A DNA stretch of 63,924 bases, filler included, from Lama guanicoe (Eukaryota): NCBI GenBank assembly GCA_013239625.1. It is 177 parts of 177 records of this genome, joined end to end, with 100 filler letters (N's around TTAATTAATTAA, not from the genome) between each part and the next. Parts side by side here need not be neighbours in the genome. Positions count along the whole stretch, not along the records: positions 12,275 to 12,535 come from PNXV01050182.1; positions 12,636 to 12,896 come from PNXV01050183.1; positions 12,997 to 13,257 come from PNXV01050184.1; positions 13,358 to 13,618 come from PNXV01050185.1; positions 13,719 to 13,979 come from PNXV01050186.1; positions 14,080 to 14,340 come from PNXV01050187.1; positions 14,441 to 14,701 come from PNXV01050188.1; positions 14,802 to 15,062 come from PNXV01050189.1; 169 more parts are not named here. One strand, written 5' to 3'. Positions 12,175 through 24,825 of the stretch are shown one piece after another. The stretch's first letter is position 1. Each line of letters opens with the position of its first letter. Under the pieces are notes generated by a model. The model was not told the DNA's origin. It worked only from the letters and a program-made list of their open reading frames with translations, and searched no databases. A program made the translations under genes and the position numbers.

Positions 12175-13357
12175 NNNNNNNNNNNNNNNNNNNNNNNNNN
12201 NNNNNNNNNNNNNNNNNNTTAATTAATTAANNNNNNNNNNNNNNNNNNNNNNNNNNNNNNNNNNNNNNNNNNNNAGTTGTTTTAAATGCACCATTAACAG
12301 TGTGACACTCTGCACAAGGTCTCCTTCTAATTTCAGCCTGTGAGGTTGAAGTAGGGAAAGTGTACCAGGTATCCTCAAAAGGGCACCTCCAGCCTTTCAA
12401 AGAAAACACAGAACAACTTAGCATTGAAGATAAATTTTGAAGTGAAATGTTGCGTTTCCCCCCTCTTTTCAGCAGAAAGTTAGGAAGCATTTTTAAAAAT
12501 AGGCATTGGTTTAAAGGGATTATTCTGACATCACANNNNNNNNNNNNNNNNNNNNNNNNNNNNNNNNNNNNNNNNNNNNTTAATTAATTAANNNNNNNNN
12601 NNNNNNNNNNNNNNNNNNNNNNNNNNNNNNNNNNNAGCCCTCTCCTGCAGCTCATCACCAGTCCCCAGCAGCCAGTCCTGGCTTCCCCTGATGGCTCACA
12701 TCTAGGGCTGGAGATCACAGGGACCCTCTATACCCATTTCTCATAATTCTGCCTGCAAGCAGCTGCCATGTTCTCCTCCAAGCCTTGGAAGCTCTGCTTA
12801 TATCCCTTCTGACCTCCTGGCTGGAGAGGGGATGTCCCAGCATGAGGGTGCATTTCTTTCTTTGCTGCTGCCTCCCCACAGCACTAGTCCCACAACNNNN
12901 NNNNNNNNNNNNNNNNNNNNNNNNNNNNNNNNNNNNNNNNTTAATTAATTAANNNNNNNNNNNNNNNNNNNNNNNNNNNNNNNNNNNNNNNNNNNNCCAT
13001 GATGTCTTTTGTCTTTGTTTACTCTACTCCATGAAGACAGGCTCAAGAACTGGGATTTAGATTAAAAAATTAAGGACTGGTTCATCTATTTACCTGTGCA
13101 CAATGTTCTTTCTCCTTTTATTGTTCACCGTGAACAAAGAGGAAATATGACTAAAGAGATTTTACTGATCCAGAGACGGCCATGTTAAATTCTAATATGC
13201 ATTCTCAAGTCCAAATAATTTGAGGAATGAAGCATGATGATAAACAGGAAATTGAAANNNNNNNNNNNNNNNNNNNNNNNNNNNNNNNNNNNNNNNNNNN
13301 NTTAATTAATTAANNNNNNNNNNNNNNNNNNNNNNNNNNNNNNNNNNNNNNNNNNNN

Positions 13358-13618
13358 GGGCAGTGTAGTTTGGCTGGATGTGTAGATGGGTGGATATAGT
13401 GAATGAGTGGATGTGTAAATGGGTAGCTAGATGGATGGGAGCTAGGTGGATGAGTGGAGGGGATTGATAGACAGGATTTAGGAAAGTGGGTAGATGTACG
13501 TATGTATGGCTGGCTGGATAGTCAGTGGGAGGCTGTGTAGATGGTGGATTAAAGGGGATTAGCATTGAATAGGTAGATGGACGGATGGATTGGAGGTTGG
13601 GGATGACTGGGTTGATGG
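13358..13618. repeat. Degenerate (TGGA)n simple repeat
   Basis: Recurrent tggatg/tagatgg/gatgga units across the contig. Confidence 0.85.
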
Positions 13619-14505
13619 NNNNNNNNNNNNNNNNNNNNNNNNNNNNNNNNNNNNNNNNNNNNTTAATTAATTAANNNNNNNNNNNNNNNNNNNNNNNNNN
13701 NNNNNNNNNNNNNNNNNNTTTGGAGAAAATCTACTTGTGAGGCTGACGGTGTCAGCTCTCTTGCTCACGAGTCACTAGTTTAGTTCTATTTTAAACTTCC
13801 CCTAAATAGGTTCCCATCAGGTTTAAACTAATTTTTGAAACCAGTAGATTTTATAAATGGATGGATGTTAATTTGGGAATGAATACATTACTCAAAATAT
13901 ACTTAAGTACAAATGTCTTTCTGGACAAAATAATTGCTTAATATATAAAGAGTCTCAAGATTTTTAAATTATATAGAGANNNNNNNNNNNNNNNNNNNNN
14001 NNNNNNNNNNNNNNNNNNNNNNNTTAATTAATTAANNNNNNNNNNNNNNNNNNNNNNNNNNNNNNNNNNNNNNNNNNNNCAGCCTCTGGCCCTCTGAGTG
14101 CTGCTCCTGCCCTTCTGTTCTCATGCTTATGTCTGATCATCTGGCTTTCTTTCCACCCAGCTGAGGTGGGGTGCACAGACAGGGAAGATGAGCTTGGTGG
14201 AACTGGCAGAGCTCCGAGCTCTAAGACTGGACTGAGGGGCTGGGATCAGCCCAGTGAATACGGTTCTGCAGGCCACCTTCTCTGGTCGCCAGCCCAGACC
14301 TGCTCCTCACTGGTGAAATGCATGGGGAAGCAGGAAGTGGNNNNNNNNNNNNNNNNNNNNNNNNNNNNNNNNNNNNNNNNNNNNTTAATTAATTAANNNN
14401 NNNNNNNNNNNNNNNNNNNNNNNNNNNNNNNNNNNNNNNNAAACAAAAAAAGCAAGCCAGGAGCCACAACTGTCACCACCCATGGAAAGCTCAAACGGGA
14501 CGTAC

Positions 14506-14586
14506 TTGGGAAGGATTTTGCAGGTGGAAGTGGGTGGCGCTGGCCTCTGCCAGCGAACTCCACAATGATGCGTTCTTTTTGTTATC
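14506..14586 (-). CDS. Candidate 81-bp internal exon, gene unknown
   Basis: Acceptor tctttttcccag, 27 open codons (DNKKNASLWSSLAEASATHFHLQNPSQ in phase 0), donor CAA|gtacgt. Confidence 0.4.
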
Positions 14587-15969
14587 CTGGGAAAAAGAGT
14601 TCGAGCTTTTTGATGATTTAGCTCCTGCATTGCTGTCTGCACACACCTACCCAGGATGCTGATGTGCGCCTGCCTGCAGCCCACTCGCCACACCTGTTCT
14701 GNNNNNNNNNNNNNNNNNNNNNNNNNNNNNNNNNNNNNNNNNNNNTTAATTAATTAANNNNNNNNNNNNNNNNNNNNNNNNNNNNNNNNNNNNNNNNNNN
14801 NGCAAATCAAAACTCGGGGTGATTCATAAGGCACCTTGGTCAGTGGGAGCAGGCTGAGAAGGCGGGAGCGGGCGTGCCCACGGGAGCTGCTTCCCGGCTG
14901 GCGGCGTGGGCAGGCCCGGCTACGTGAGCGGGGGGTCGGCGATGCTGCGGTCGGGGTTCGGGTGAAGGCGATGGTGATGGCTTAGCGGGTGACCCAGCCG
15001 ACCTTCTCCACCTGGTGCAGGTTCTCAGACCCCGAGGTGAAGAAGGACACTTGACCTGCTCTNNNNNNNNNNNNNNNNNNNNNNNNNNNNNNNNNNNNNN
15101 NNNNNNTTAATTAATTAANNNNNNNNNNNNNNNNNNNNNNNNNNNNNNNNNNNNNNNNNNNNCTGGAGTTTTTAAAACATAAAAATGAAGAAAATGATCA
15201 AAACAAGAAAATTACGTACAGCAGGGGGGCTAGCTTGGGGTCCTCCCACACTCCATGTCAGAGGTCAAACCACGCTCCCCTGACTCAACTGGCCCAGGAC
15301 ACACCTGCTTTAGAGCCCTGTCTGTTGTCCTGCATGAATTCTTGCACACTGAATTTGTCCTTTAAGAAAAGATTAATGGGCTTATCATAAACAATTATGA
15401 TCGCTGTTTCTGCTGTTGCTCCTNNNNNNNNNNNNNNNNNNNNNNNNNNNNNNNNNNNNNNNNNNNNTTAATTAATTAANNNNNNNNNNNNNNNNNNNNN
15501 NNNNNNNNNNNNNNNNNNNNNNNATATCTTATTACAAACTCTGTATTATGATACAAACTCATTTTACACGGAGTAGTTTTGCCTTCTGATTTCTTAAACA
15601 ATAAAACGTGCTGTCCCACGGTTTTCTCCCTTTGCGGGGGCCATTCCATGCCCTCCTGGTGTCCCCCAGTGCGGACGGAGAGGGGGCATGGGTTTCCACC
15701 CCTGGGTGCCGTCCGGGGCTGCGTTCGGGTCCACGGTACCAGCAGCGCGTCCTGGACTTTAGCACCGCTTTATAAAGGTGTTTTNNNNNNNNNNNNNNNN
15801 NNNNNNNNNNNNNNNNNNNNNNNNNNNNTTAATTAATTAANNNNNNNNNNNNNNNNNNNNNNNNNNNNNNNNNNNNNNNNNNNNATGGGTCAAAGATGTA
15901 TTCTGAGCTAAAAAATCATCATAATGGTCATAATGCTTTAATTATTTTAAGTAAGAAAGGTAAAAGACA

Positions 15970-16085
15970 GGGGGAAGATACAGCTCAAGTGGTAGAGTGC
16001 ATACCTGGCTCAATCCCCAGTACCTTCATTAAAAAATAATTAAGTAAATAAAACTAATTACCTCCACTCCCACCCCTAAAAAGAA
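15970..16085 (+). mobile_element. Vic-1-like SINE with internal deletion and target-site duplication
   Basis: gggggaagatacagctcaagtggtagagtgcat/cctggctcaatccccagtacc...ctaattacctcc. Flanked by aagaaaggtaaaaga (15953-15967) and aagaaagatgaaaga (16086-16100), 13/15 identical. Confidence 0.8.
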
Positions 16086-16606
16086 AAGAAAGATGAAAGA
16101 TGAAGAAATTTGCTGTCTATCTAGGAAATTTTAGAAAGATTAGTANNNNNNNNNNNNNNNNNNNNNNNNNNNNNNNNNNNNNNNNNNNNTTAATTAATTA
16201 ANNNNNNNNNNNNNNNNNNNNNNNNNNNNNNNNNNNNNNNNNNNNTTTCCGTGTGTGCCCTCGTGCACACGTGTGTTCTGGGCACTGCTCACTTCCCCTC
16301 CTCCTGCCCCTTCTGCCTTTTCACCTGGGGCTGTGAGCCCAGGGCCCTCCGCCACGTGCAGACCCCTAGCCCAGCCTCCAGCCACTGCAGAGCTCAAGGC
16401 CTCTGAGTTTGCCCTGACTCTCTGGGCAGGTGGGGCTCGGGGCAGGGACACTGGTTCCCGTTGCTCCCCCATCCCTCAGTGGGGGCCTGGCAAGGTCCTC
16501 AGTCTANNNNNNNNNNNNNNNNNNNNNNNNNNNNNNNNNNNNNNNNNNNNTTAATTAATTAANNNNNNNNNNNNNNNNNNNNNNNNNNNNNNNNNNNNNN
16601 NNNNNN

Positions 16607-16868
16607 CTATGTACTATAAGCAAGTAGAAAGCTGAGAAAACTAAAAAAATCAACACCTCTTTTTGGATCCAAAAAGAGCAAGGACACAGGGCACACCACT
16701 GCCCCCAAGATAGGACAGACACACAGGCAAACGCAAGGAGGTACCGTTTACCCCCGGGAAGAGATTCAGAAGCAGAAACTGCCACAGGATCCAGCGCTGT
16801 AGTAGGGAAATCTGAACTGTGGTTGATGAATTTCTGGAAGCTCAATGTGAAAACCTCTGAGAGTTAAG
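16607..16868 (+). mobile_element. Possible old L1 5' region
   Basis: gggaaatctgaactgt...ctggaagctcaatgtgaaaacctctgagagttaag resembles a recalled L1M 5' UTR motif. Confidence 0.45.
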
Positions 16869-18054
16869 NNNNNNNNNNNNNNNNNNNNNNNNNNNNNNNN
16901 NNNNNNNNNNNNTTAATTAATTAANNNNNNNNNNNNNNNNNNNNNNNNNNNNNNNNNNNNNNNNNNNNCTGGTCCCCAACAAATACCAGCCCAGCCCATT
17001 GCCCGAGGCAGGGACACCCCCCGCCCCGTACCCTTGGCAGAGCCCAGGCATCACCCAGGAGGAAGCAGGTCAGAGGGAGGAGGAAAGCCTGCAGCAGGGC
17101 GGACAGAGCAGGCGCCCCACTGCCCTCGCTGCGCCCTGTAGCACAGCTCAGACAGTGACCGCCCCTGCCCGGGGAGATGCATCAGGGTAGCATCTCCAAG
17201 GTCTTCCATCCATGCCATCCAGCATCCTTTNNNNNNNNNNNNNNNNNNNNNNNNNNNNNNNNNNNNNNNNNNNNTTAATTAATTAANNNNNNNNNNNNNN
17301 NNNNNNNNNNNNNNNNNNNNNNNNNNNNNNTGATCAGCTAATTCAGAATCTGACCAGTTGTTTCTGGAGCTGATTTTAGGAGACTGGAAGGACAGATGTT
17401 CACTTCCTGTAGGTCACCCTTTTTGGGGTAAGTGTATTAGGAAGATACTCCAGTATTAGAAGCTTCTTGCAGATTCTGATTGTCTTCCTCTGTGGCCGTA
17501 TTGGGAGAAAGTTAAAATTCTTTTTTAATGCTTGTAAGGAAACAAATGAGCTGCTCTTTTTCAGTTTACCCTTTGGGAAACTATGTGATTAANNNNNNNN
17601 NNNNNNNNNNNNNNNNNNNNNNNNNNNNNNNNNNNNTTAATTAATTAANNNNNNNNNNNNNNNNNNNNNNNNNNNNNNNNNNNNNNNNNNNNTGAAGAGA
17701 TAGGTTGCAGATGAGAATGGAAAATAAAAGCACCTTTGCTACTGTCAGAGCCATGGCTCTCTCTAAAGGAAATGCTACAAGTCGTTTTCAGAATAAGGAA
17801 ATAAGATGGTATACAGAAGCCCCCATGTACCCCCTGTGAGGGGTACATGTTTGAAATCTACTTAGGGATGTTAAAAGCACCTCTGAGATGTGGGCCTTTG
17901 CCCACGTCTCAACTTTAGAATCCCCGGGATAAAGCTGCTTATAGGAGAGACAAGNNNNNNNNNNNNNNNNNNNNNNNNNNNNNNNNNNNNNNNNNNNNTT
18001 AATTAATTAANNNNNNNNNNNNNNNNNNNNNNNNNNNNNNNNNNNNNNNNNNNN

Positions 18055-18316
18055 CTCGCCCTCGCCCCCAACCCCGGGCGGGGTAGCGGCCTCCGCAGGA
18101 GCCGCGGCAGTGAGAGCCCGCCTTTGCGATGAGGTCCAAGCCCCACAGTCTGCGGACCTAGGACCGCGAGGGCTTCAAGAAGCGGACTGCGTCCCTGTGC
18201 TTCCGGAGCAAGCAGGAGGATGAGGTGCTGCTGGTTGGCAGCCGTTGGTCCCAGACCAATGGACTGACCCAGGAGGAGGACTGGAGCCCCAGGAGGAGCC
18301 TGCCGGTGCTGCCGTG
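18055..18316 (+). pseudogene. NUDT4: NUDT4 (DIPP2) processed pseudogene, 5' part
   Basis: From ATG 18129: MRSKPHSLRT*DREGFKKRTASLCFRSKQEDEVLLVGSRW, then a 1-bp frameshift, then PDQWTDPGGGLEPQEEPAGAAV. Recalled NUDT4: MKFKPNQTRTYDREGFKKRAACLCFRSEQEDEVLLVSSSRYPDQWIVPGGGMEPEEEPGGAAV. Premature TAG at 18159-18161; GC-rich 5' UTR-like leader. Confidence 0.88.
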
Positions 18317-18416
18317 NNNNNNNNNNNNNNNNNNNNNNNNNNNNNNNNNNNNNNNNNNNNTTAATTAATTAANNNNNNNNNNNNNNNNNNNNNNNNNNNN
18401 NNNNNNNNNNNNNNNN

Positions 18417-18678
18417 GAGCTTTCATTTTTCTTGGGTAAATACTTTGGAGTCACACTCTGGGGTCGTATTGTAAGTATTAAGAGACTACTGACTTGTTTT
18501 CAAAAGTGGTTGACCGTTGTACAGTCCTGCCAACAATGAGAGTTCCAGTTCCTCGACATCCTCAATGCTTGTGTGGTCGTTCTCACTGGGGTGTAGTGCT
18601 GTCTCACTGCAGTTTAAATTTGCATTTCCCTAATGACTTACAGCGTTGAGTATCTTTCATATGCTATTTGCCGTCCAT
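18417..18678 (-). mobile_element. L1 ORF2 3' region fragment
   Basis: tttcaaaagtggttgacc...atgagagttccagttcctcgacatcctc...tttaaatttgcatttccctaatgact...tgctatttgccgtccat. Confidence 0.85.
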
Positions 18679-18989
18679 NNNNNNNNNNNNNNNNNNNNNN
18701 NNNNNNNNNNNNNNNNNNNNNNTTAATTAATTAANNNNNNNNNNNNNNNNNNNNNNNNNNNNNNNNNNNNNNNNNNNNAATGACAAATCTCAAATTTAAA
18801 AAAAAACCCTCATTCTGACTTTAAAAAGTATACCTTTTTCTAATAGCATAATAATATAATCACAACTGATTCTAGTTATTTGTTGCAAAGCGAGGTCAAG
18901 TTCATAGGGCTTGGTGGAAAGAAAAAAAAGTGATTTGTGTGGGGAAAAGAAGTAGTACAGAATAGTGGTTAGACCTCTAGTCTCTCCAG

Positions 18990-19040
18990 CAAGGCTTGGC
19001 AAACTACAGTCCGTGGATTAGCTGCGTGTTTTTATAAATA
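18990..19040 (+). mobile_element. MER58-like hAT MITE end
   Basis: ggcttggcaaactacagtccgtgg...gtgtttttataaata resembles the MER58 terminus. Confidence 0.5.
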
Positions 19041-20950
19041 NNNNNNNNNNNNNNNNNNNNNNNNNNNNNNNNNNNNNNNNNNNNTTAATTAATTAANNNN
19101 NNNNNNNNNNNNNNNNNNNNNNNNNNNNNNNNNNNNNNNNAAATCTCCACGTGTGCGCAGGGACCTCTCTCCTCCAGGCACTTCATTGTTCTTTACAGAA
19201 AGGATAAATTTTCTGCATGTGGGTTGGCGTAATGAGCTCAGAATGAATTGATGTCATTAGTCATAGCCTTGATGTGAAACTCTTAATCTTGCTGGAGATA
19301 TTTCCAGTTAAATTCCAAGAAATCGTCTTGGTTTGACTTGGGTATTTATGGGGAAGGAGAATCAATTGACCTGTATGTCCTTGAGAGAGGTAATTGGACT
19401 GCNNNNNNNNNNNNNNNNNNNNNNNNNNNNNNNNNNNNNNNNNNNNTTAATTAATTAANNNNNNNNNNNNNNNNNNNNNNNNNNNNNNNNNNNNNNNNNN
19501 NNTACCTACCAAAGCATCTGTGAAGGCTGTTCCACAAGCACAATTTGCTGGGGTTGCTTCTTTTGTGGAAATCAGCTGGGCTTCAGACCACGTTTGGGAT
19601 AGATACAACATGGAGCATGATGTGGAAAAGAAAAACCCACAGCAAGCGGTGTTAAGGAGGAGAGAGGCCTCCTGGAGAGTTCCAGCCACCAGGCCATGGA
19701 GTTGGGCCTCTCCACTAGACATGGGAGTGTGGGTCAAACTCTCTGACTTCTCAAGAGGACACCCNNNNNNNNNNNNNNNNNNNNNNNNNNNNNNNNNNNN
19801 NNNNNNNNTTAATTAATTAANNNNNNNNNNNNNNNNNNNNNNNNNNNNNNNNNNNNNNNNNNNNCTGTGGGCTCACACACCTCCCCACCCCTACCTGGAC
19901 CAGCAGAGGTATGAGTACTTTGTACTATGTTAGTGAGTGTGGGGGCAAGTGGATCTCACATTCCCCACCCTCCCATCTAACATACTTGAATTCAATGGTC
20001 CCAGGCCAAAACAAATGAAAAGAAAAGAAAGAAAAAGTATATGAAAAAGATAAAAGGATCTGACTACATTGATAGTAAACTTTTCATACTCAAAGAAATG
20101 TCCCCCAAATGTCAATTCTCCCTTCTNNNNNNNNNNNNNNNNNNNNNNNNNNNNNNNNNNNNNNNNNNNNTTAATTAATTAANNNNNNNNNNNNNNNNNN
20201 NNNNNNNNNNNNNNNNNNNNNNNNNNTTTCACCCCCGGGGGTGGCTCAGCAGGAGGACCTGGACGTGGCCTCGTCTGTCCCTCGCGCTCACCACAGCCTC
20301 CCGCCTCCTGTTCCGGGTTCCCCCAATCCTGCTGCGTGTGAGGCTCAGGGCGCCTGCCCCAGTGGGCTGCCCTGATCCGCAGTGCGCACTGGTAGACCGG
20401 CTGGGACCGGGTTGGGTGGGGGGCATCCCAGGTGAGGCACGTGTGATTTCTCCAGGAAACAAACGCTCAGAACTGGTACAGTCCTGGGNNNNNNNNNNNN
20501 NNNNNNNNNNNNNNNNNNNNNNNNNNNNNNNNTTAATTAATTAANNNNNNNNNNNNNNNNNNNNNNNNNNNNNNNNNNNNNNNNNNNNGATGGACCAACT
20601 ACACTGACTAGAGTGTGTAGAAGATGACATCGTTGGCATGTCCTCAGATCAAGTAGGCTGGGACAGCATTGCACAAAGATCTCCAGTCAAGTGCTTGAAG
20701 GTCATTGCCTAACAAGGGACCATACACACCGACAACCTGTGTCTGAAGTTCTGCCTTAAAGTCTACATCCTACCTGCAGTATTTAACTACAATTTGAGGT
20801 GAAGATCAGATTCCTTATGGGGAATCCAAAATGGTAGCCAATTTCAAATGNNNNNNNNNNNNNNNNNNNNNNNNNNNNNNNNNNNNNNNNNNNNTTAATT
20901 AATTAANNNNNNNNNNNNNNNNNNNNNNNNNNNNNNNNNNNNNNNNNNNN

Positions 20951-21212
20951 TTTTCTACATAGATAATCTTATCATTTGTGAACAAAGAATTGTATTTCTT
21001 CCTCCCCAAACGGTATATGCATTTCATTTCCTTTTCTTGTCATGTTGCAATAATTAGGACTTGATGTTGAAGAGATGTGGTGAAAGTGAACATGCTTGTT
21101 TTTTTTCCTGATCTCAGTGGAAAAGCCTGAGTTTCTCACTATTAAATGATGCTAGCTGCAGGGTTTTTTTTTGGGTAGATAATCTTTCAAGTTGAGGAAG
21201 TTCCATTTCTAT
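20951..21212 (-). mobile_element. L1 ORF2 (RT region) fragment
   Basis: tttcatttccttttcttgtc...ggtgaaagtgaacatgcttgt...cctgatctcagtggaaaagc...gttgaggaagttcc, antisense L1 ORF2. Confidence 0.85.
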
Positions 21213-24200
21213 NNNNNNNNNNNNNNNNNNNNNNNNNNNNNNNNNNNNNNNNNNNNTTAATTAATTAANNNNNNNNNNNNNNNNNNNNNNNNNNNNNNNN
21301 NNNNNNNNNNNNAAGTAAAGGCAGCTGTGTGTCAGCTAGACGGTGAGACGGTACCGATCACGGGTGCCCTTGTTTTAAGAAACACTGGAAACCACCCGCA
21401 TGTCCACAGACGTTTAAGAAAGTTACATCTACATAAAGAATACTATGCAATGATAAAAAAGGACAAGTCAAGGGAGGGATGCCCAAGGCATCTTGTGAGG
21501 TTTACAGAGGAAGTTACAGAGTGACGTGTGTTATCTGCTGCTGCTTCTGTTAAAAAGGAAAGGCTGTATCTTTGNNNNNNNNNNNNNNNNNNNNNNNNNN
21601 NNNNNNNNNNNNNNNNNNTTAATTAATTAANNNNNNNNNNNNNNNNNNNNNNNNNNNNNNNNNNNNNNNNNNNNCCCCAGGTCTGCTGTGACTGGGGGCC
21701 CCTTACAGGGAGTGGTGGCAGAAACAGGTTTACAAGCCCAGCGCGCAGCCAGAAACCAGCAAGAGAGCATCCAAGCCAGCGCCACCTCCAGAGCCCAGGG
21801 TCTCCAGAGAGCAGGATGAGGGGGAGAGGAGCAGGGCAGCACCAAGGCAGTGACTGTTTGTTCAGGGGTTTCTTTTGTTAGAGTTCCTCTGGATGCTGAG
21901 AAGGACCAAGTCATAGGGAGCATCTTGCTGGTGTTGNNNNNNNNNNNNNNNNNNNNNNNNNNNNNNNNNNNNNNNNNNNNTTAATTAATTAANNNNNNNN
22001 NNNNNNNNNNNNNNNNNNNNNNNNNNNNNNNNNNNNTCATAACAGACAATATCTATTGAGTCCTTACCGCGTTCCAGGCCTGGTGAGGAATGCTTAGAGT
22101 TTGCTCTCTCCTGCAACCTTTCGGCCTAGCAGCCCCTGGCGACAGTTCTGGTGCAGCAGCTAATAAACCTGTCAGGACACAGTGAGCTCACGTGGAGCGG
22201 GCGTGGACTCAGAGATGCACTTAGCAGCAGTGTAGTCTCGGCAAGGTTTCCCCCCTCACAGTGCCTCCCTCATCTGACAAATGGAGATTGTACAAGAANN
22301 NNNNNNNNNNNNNNNNNNNNNNNNNNNNNNNNNNNNNNNNNNTTAATTAATTAANNNNNNNNNNNNNNNNNNNNNNNNNNNNNNNNNNNNNNNNNNNNTG
22401 CTACTGAATTTGAACATATTTGCATGTTTATTAAACATTCATTTTTTCTCATCTTCTATTCAACATGTATTCATGCTTTTGTCAGTTTTTCTAGTAGGTT
22501 ATCATAAATTTATTGGAGTTCTTTAGGAATTCTCTGTACTAATTCTTTTTTTGTTTGTATGCATTGCAAAAGTCTTTTCCCAGTTTTTGGTTTTACTTTT
22601 CTACATATCTCTCATATATTTGGATGAATGGGAACTTCTAAATGTAATCAAATTTCTCAGNNNNNNNNNNNNNNNNNNNNNNNNNNNNNNNNNNNNNNNN
22701 NNNNTTAATTAATTAANNNNNNNNNNNNNNNNNNNNNNNNNNNNNNNNNNNNNNNNNNNNAAAAAAAAAATCTAACTTCCCAATTCTTGACCCTGAAGTG
22801 GCTTCTGATTGCTTAGGAAAAAATCCAGGCAATTTGGAGTTCAGTGACACCCATGAATGCTGTCATCTCTGCTTTTTCTCATGTTTTTCCTCCACATGAA
22901 TCCCCTGTACCAGGCAGGCTGGTCAGTCCAGTGTCCCATCAGAAAAATTCCTGCTGGGTTTCAGCTTTTGTTTGTAGCTCATATCCACATCAATTCTGTC
23001 TTCGTGAAAAGTTCTAATTTTTNNNNNNNNNNNNNNNNNNNNNNNNNNNNNNNNNNNNNNNNNNNNTTAATTAATTAANNNNNNNNNNNNNNNNNNNNNN
23101 NNNNNNNNNNNNNNNNNNNNNNAAAATACATACGGTAGAGAAGAAAACACAGCACATATTACATAAGAACCGTAGAAATTATAATATATAATATAACAAA
23201 GTTGAGACCAACTTTTAACAGGTGAGTTACGTCTATTACTTTTAAATAGATGTAAATACAAATAGACATAACTCGCCTATTAAAAATGATTTTTACTTTT
23301 TCTCACAGAGCAAGACCCAACCTAATGATGTATGCAAATAACTCATCTAAAAGCACACCTGGAGCCCTGTGATTTAGGAAGACTNNNNNNNNNNNNNNNN
23401 NNNNNNNNNNNNNNNNNNNNNNNNNNNNTTAATTAATTAANNNNNNNNNNNNNNNNNNNNNNNNNNNNNNNNNNNNNNNNNNNNAAAATGGCCAAATAGC
23501 AGAAGGTCTTGGGGGAGGGGAGGAGCGAGAGCAAGCAAGGCTAGAAACACCCAAATCAATCACTGGGAGAGAGAGCCAAGCCGCAGAGGCCGGCGGCTCG
23601 CGGCCACGTGCACTTGCGGAGGGAACGGTTCCAAGGAAACCTGACCCGATCGGAATGGGCACGCCGCACGGCGGCTGCGTTGATCGGCATGGTACGCTGC
23701 AAGTTGTGGCCCGCATCCCTCCTCCCAGCTTTCACAGGGACCAAGCNNNNNNNNNNNNNNNNNNNNNNNNNNNNNNNNNNNNNNNNNNNNTTAATTAATT
23801 AANNNNNNNNNNNNNNNNNNNNNNNNNNNNNNNNNNNNNNNNNNNNAATTGTTCGTTTGTCCTCAGAATAATCTGAGGTTTAGACTGTATGCCAAACTAT
23901 GTGCTGTAAATAATGTTCTCTCATTACATGTACTTCTTACTTTCTAGGAAGGAGAACATTGAGGTCTGGATCATGTTAGACAGAATTTAGTTAATAATCT
24001 CTCCCATCACTTTCTTTGTCTCCAACATGTCACTTGCAGCTCACAGTTTCCTCAAAGCGTGTATTAAGTTTCCACACATGGAGGGTTTTCTGCTGAGCAC
24101 CTCCGAATNNNNNNNNNNNNNNNNNNNNNNNNNNNNNNNNNNNNNNNNNNNNTTAATTAATTAANNNNNNNNNNNNNNNNNNNNNNNNNNNNNNNNNNNN

Positions 24201-24764
24201 NNNNNNNNAATGAGAAGAAATGAATGATTGAAACCAGCTAACCTAGCTGCCTGGATTCGATGGGCGTCCTTGGTGTTGTCAGTTCTCATTTAGAGGCAGA
24301 GATGATGGAATCCTCTTGTCTGTCTCTCCTGACCTGTGCTGAAAAACTGAAGCTGCTTTTCCAGTTTCTCGCTCTTGCCGCTTGTCCTTTTGTGGCCAAC
24401 CCAGTGCTACTACTTTTACTCCCTTGTTTTTATTGGCACCAACTTAGCTTCTGTAGAGACCAAGGCCCTANNNNNNNNNNNNNNNNNNNNNNNNNNNNNN
24501 NNNNNNNNNNNNNNTTAATTAATTAANNNNNNNNNNNNNNNNNNNNNNNNNNNNNNNNNNNNNNNNNNNNAGTCTCCTTTCTCTAACAAAACTATCCCTC
24601 TGACCCATGACTCCCCTCCACCAACAGTGGGTCGAATGCCTTAGGGTGCATTTCAAGGCCCTTGCAGCAAAATGCACGAACTCCCACACTTCTGCCTTTG
24701 TGGCTGCTCTGGTCCCACTGCCTGAAGCATCCCTTCCACTTGCCATGCTGTCTGACAGACTCCC

Positions 24765-24825
24765 TTCTTTAGGTCTTCAGAGCCCAGTTTAAATGCCACC
24801 TTCTCCAGGAAGCCATCCCTGATGA
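24765..24825 (+). mobile_element. L2 fragment
   Basis: cccagtttaaatgccaccttctccaggaagccatccctga is a typical L2 motif. Confidence 0.6.

Noticed and set aside
14802..15062. Coding exon or pseudogene in a CpG-rich block
   Set aside because: No recognisable peptide in any frame and no convincing splice-site pair.
17824..17849. Perfect 10-bp hairpin catgtacccc/ggggtacatg
   Set aside because: One such stem is within chance expectation for about 46 kb of sequence; no supporting context.
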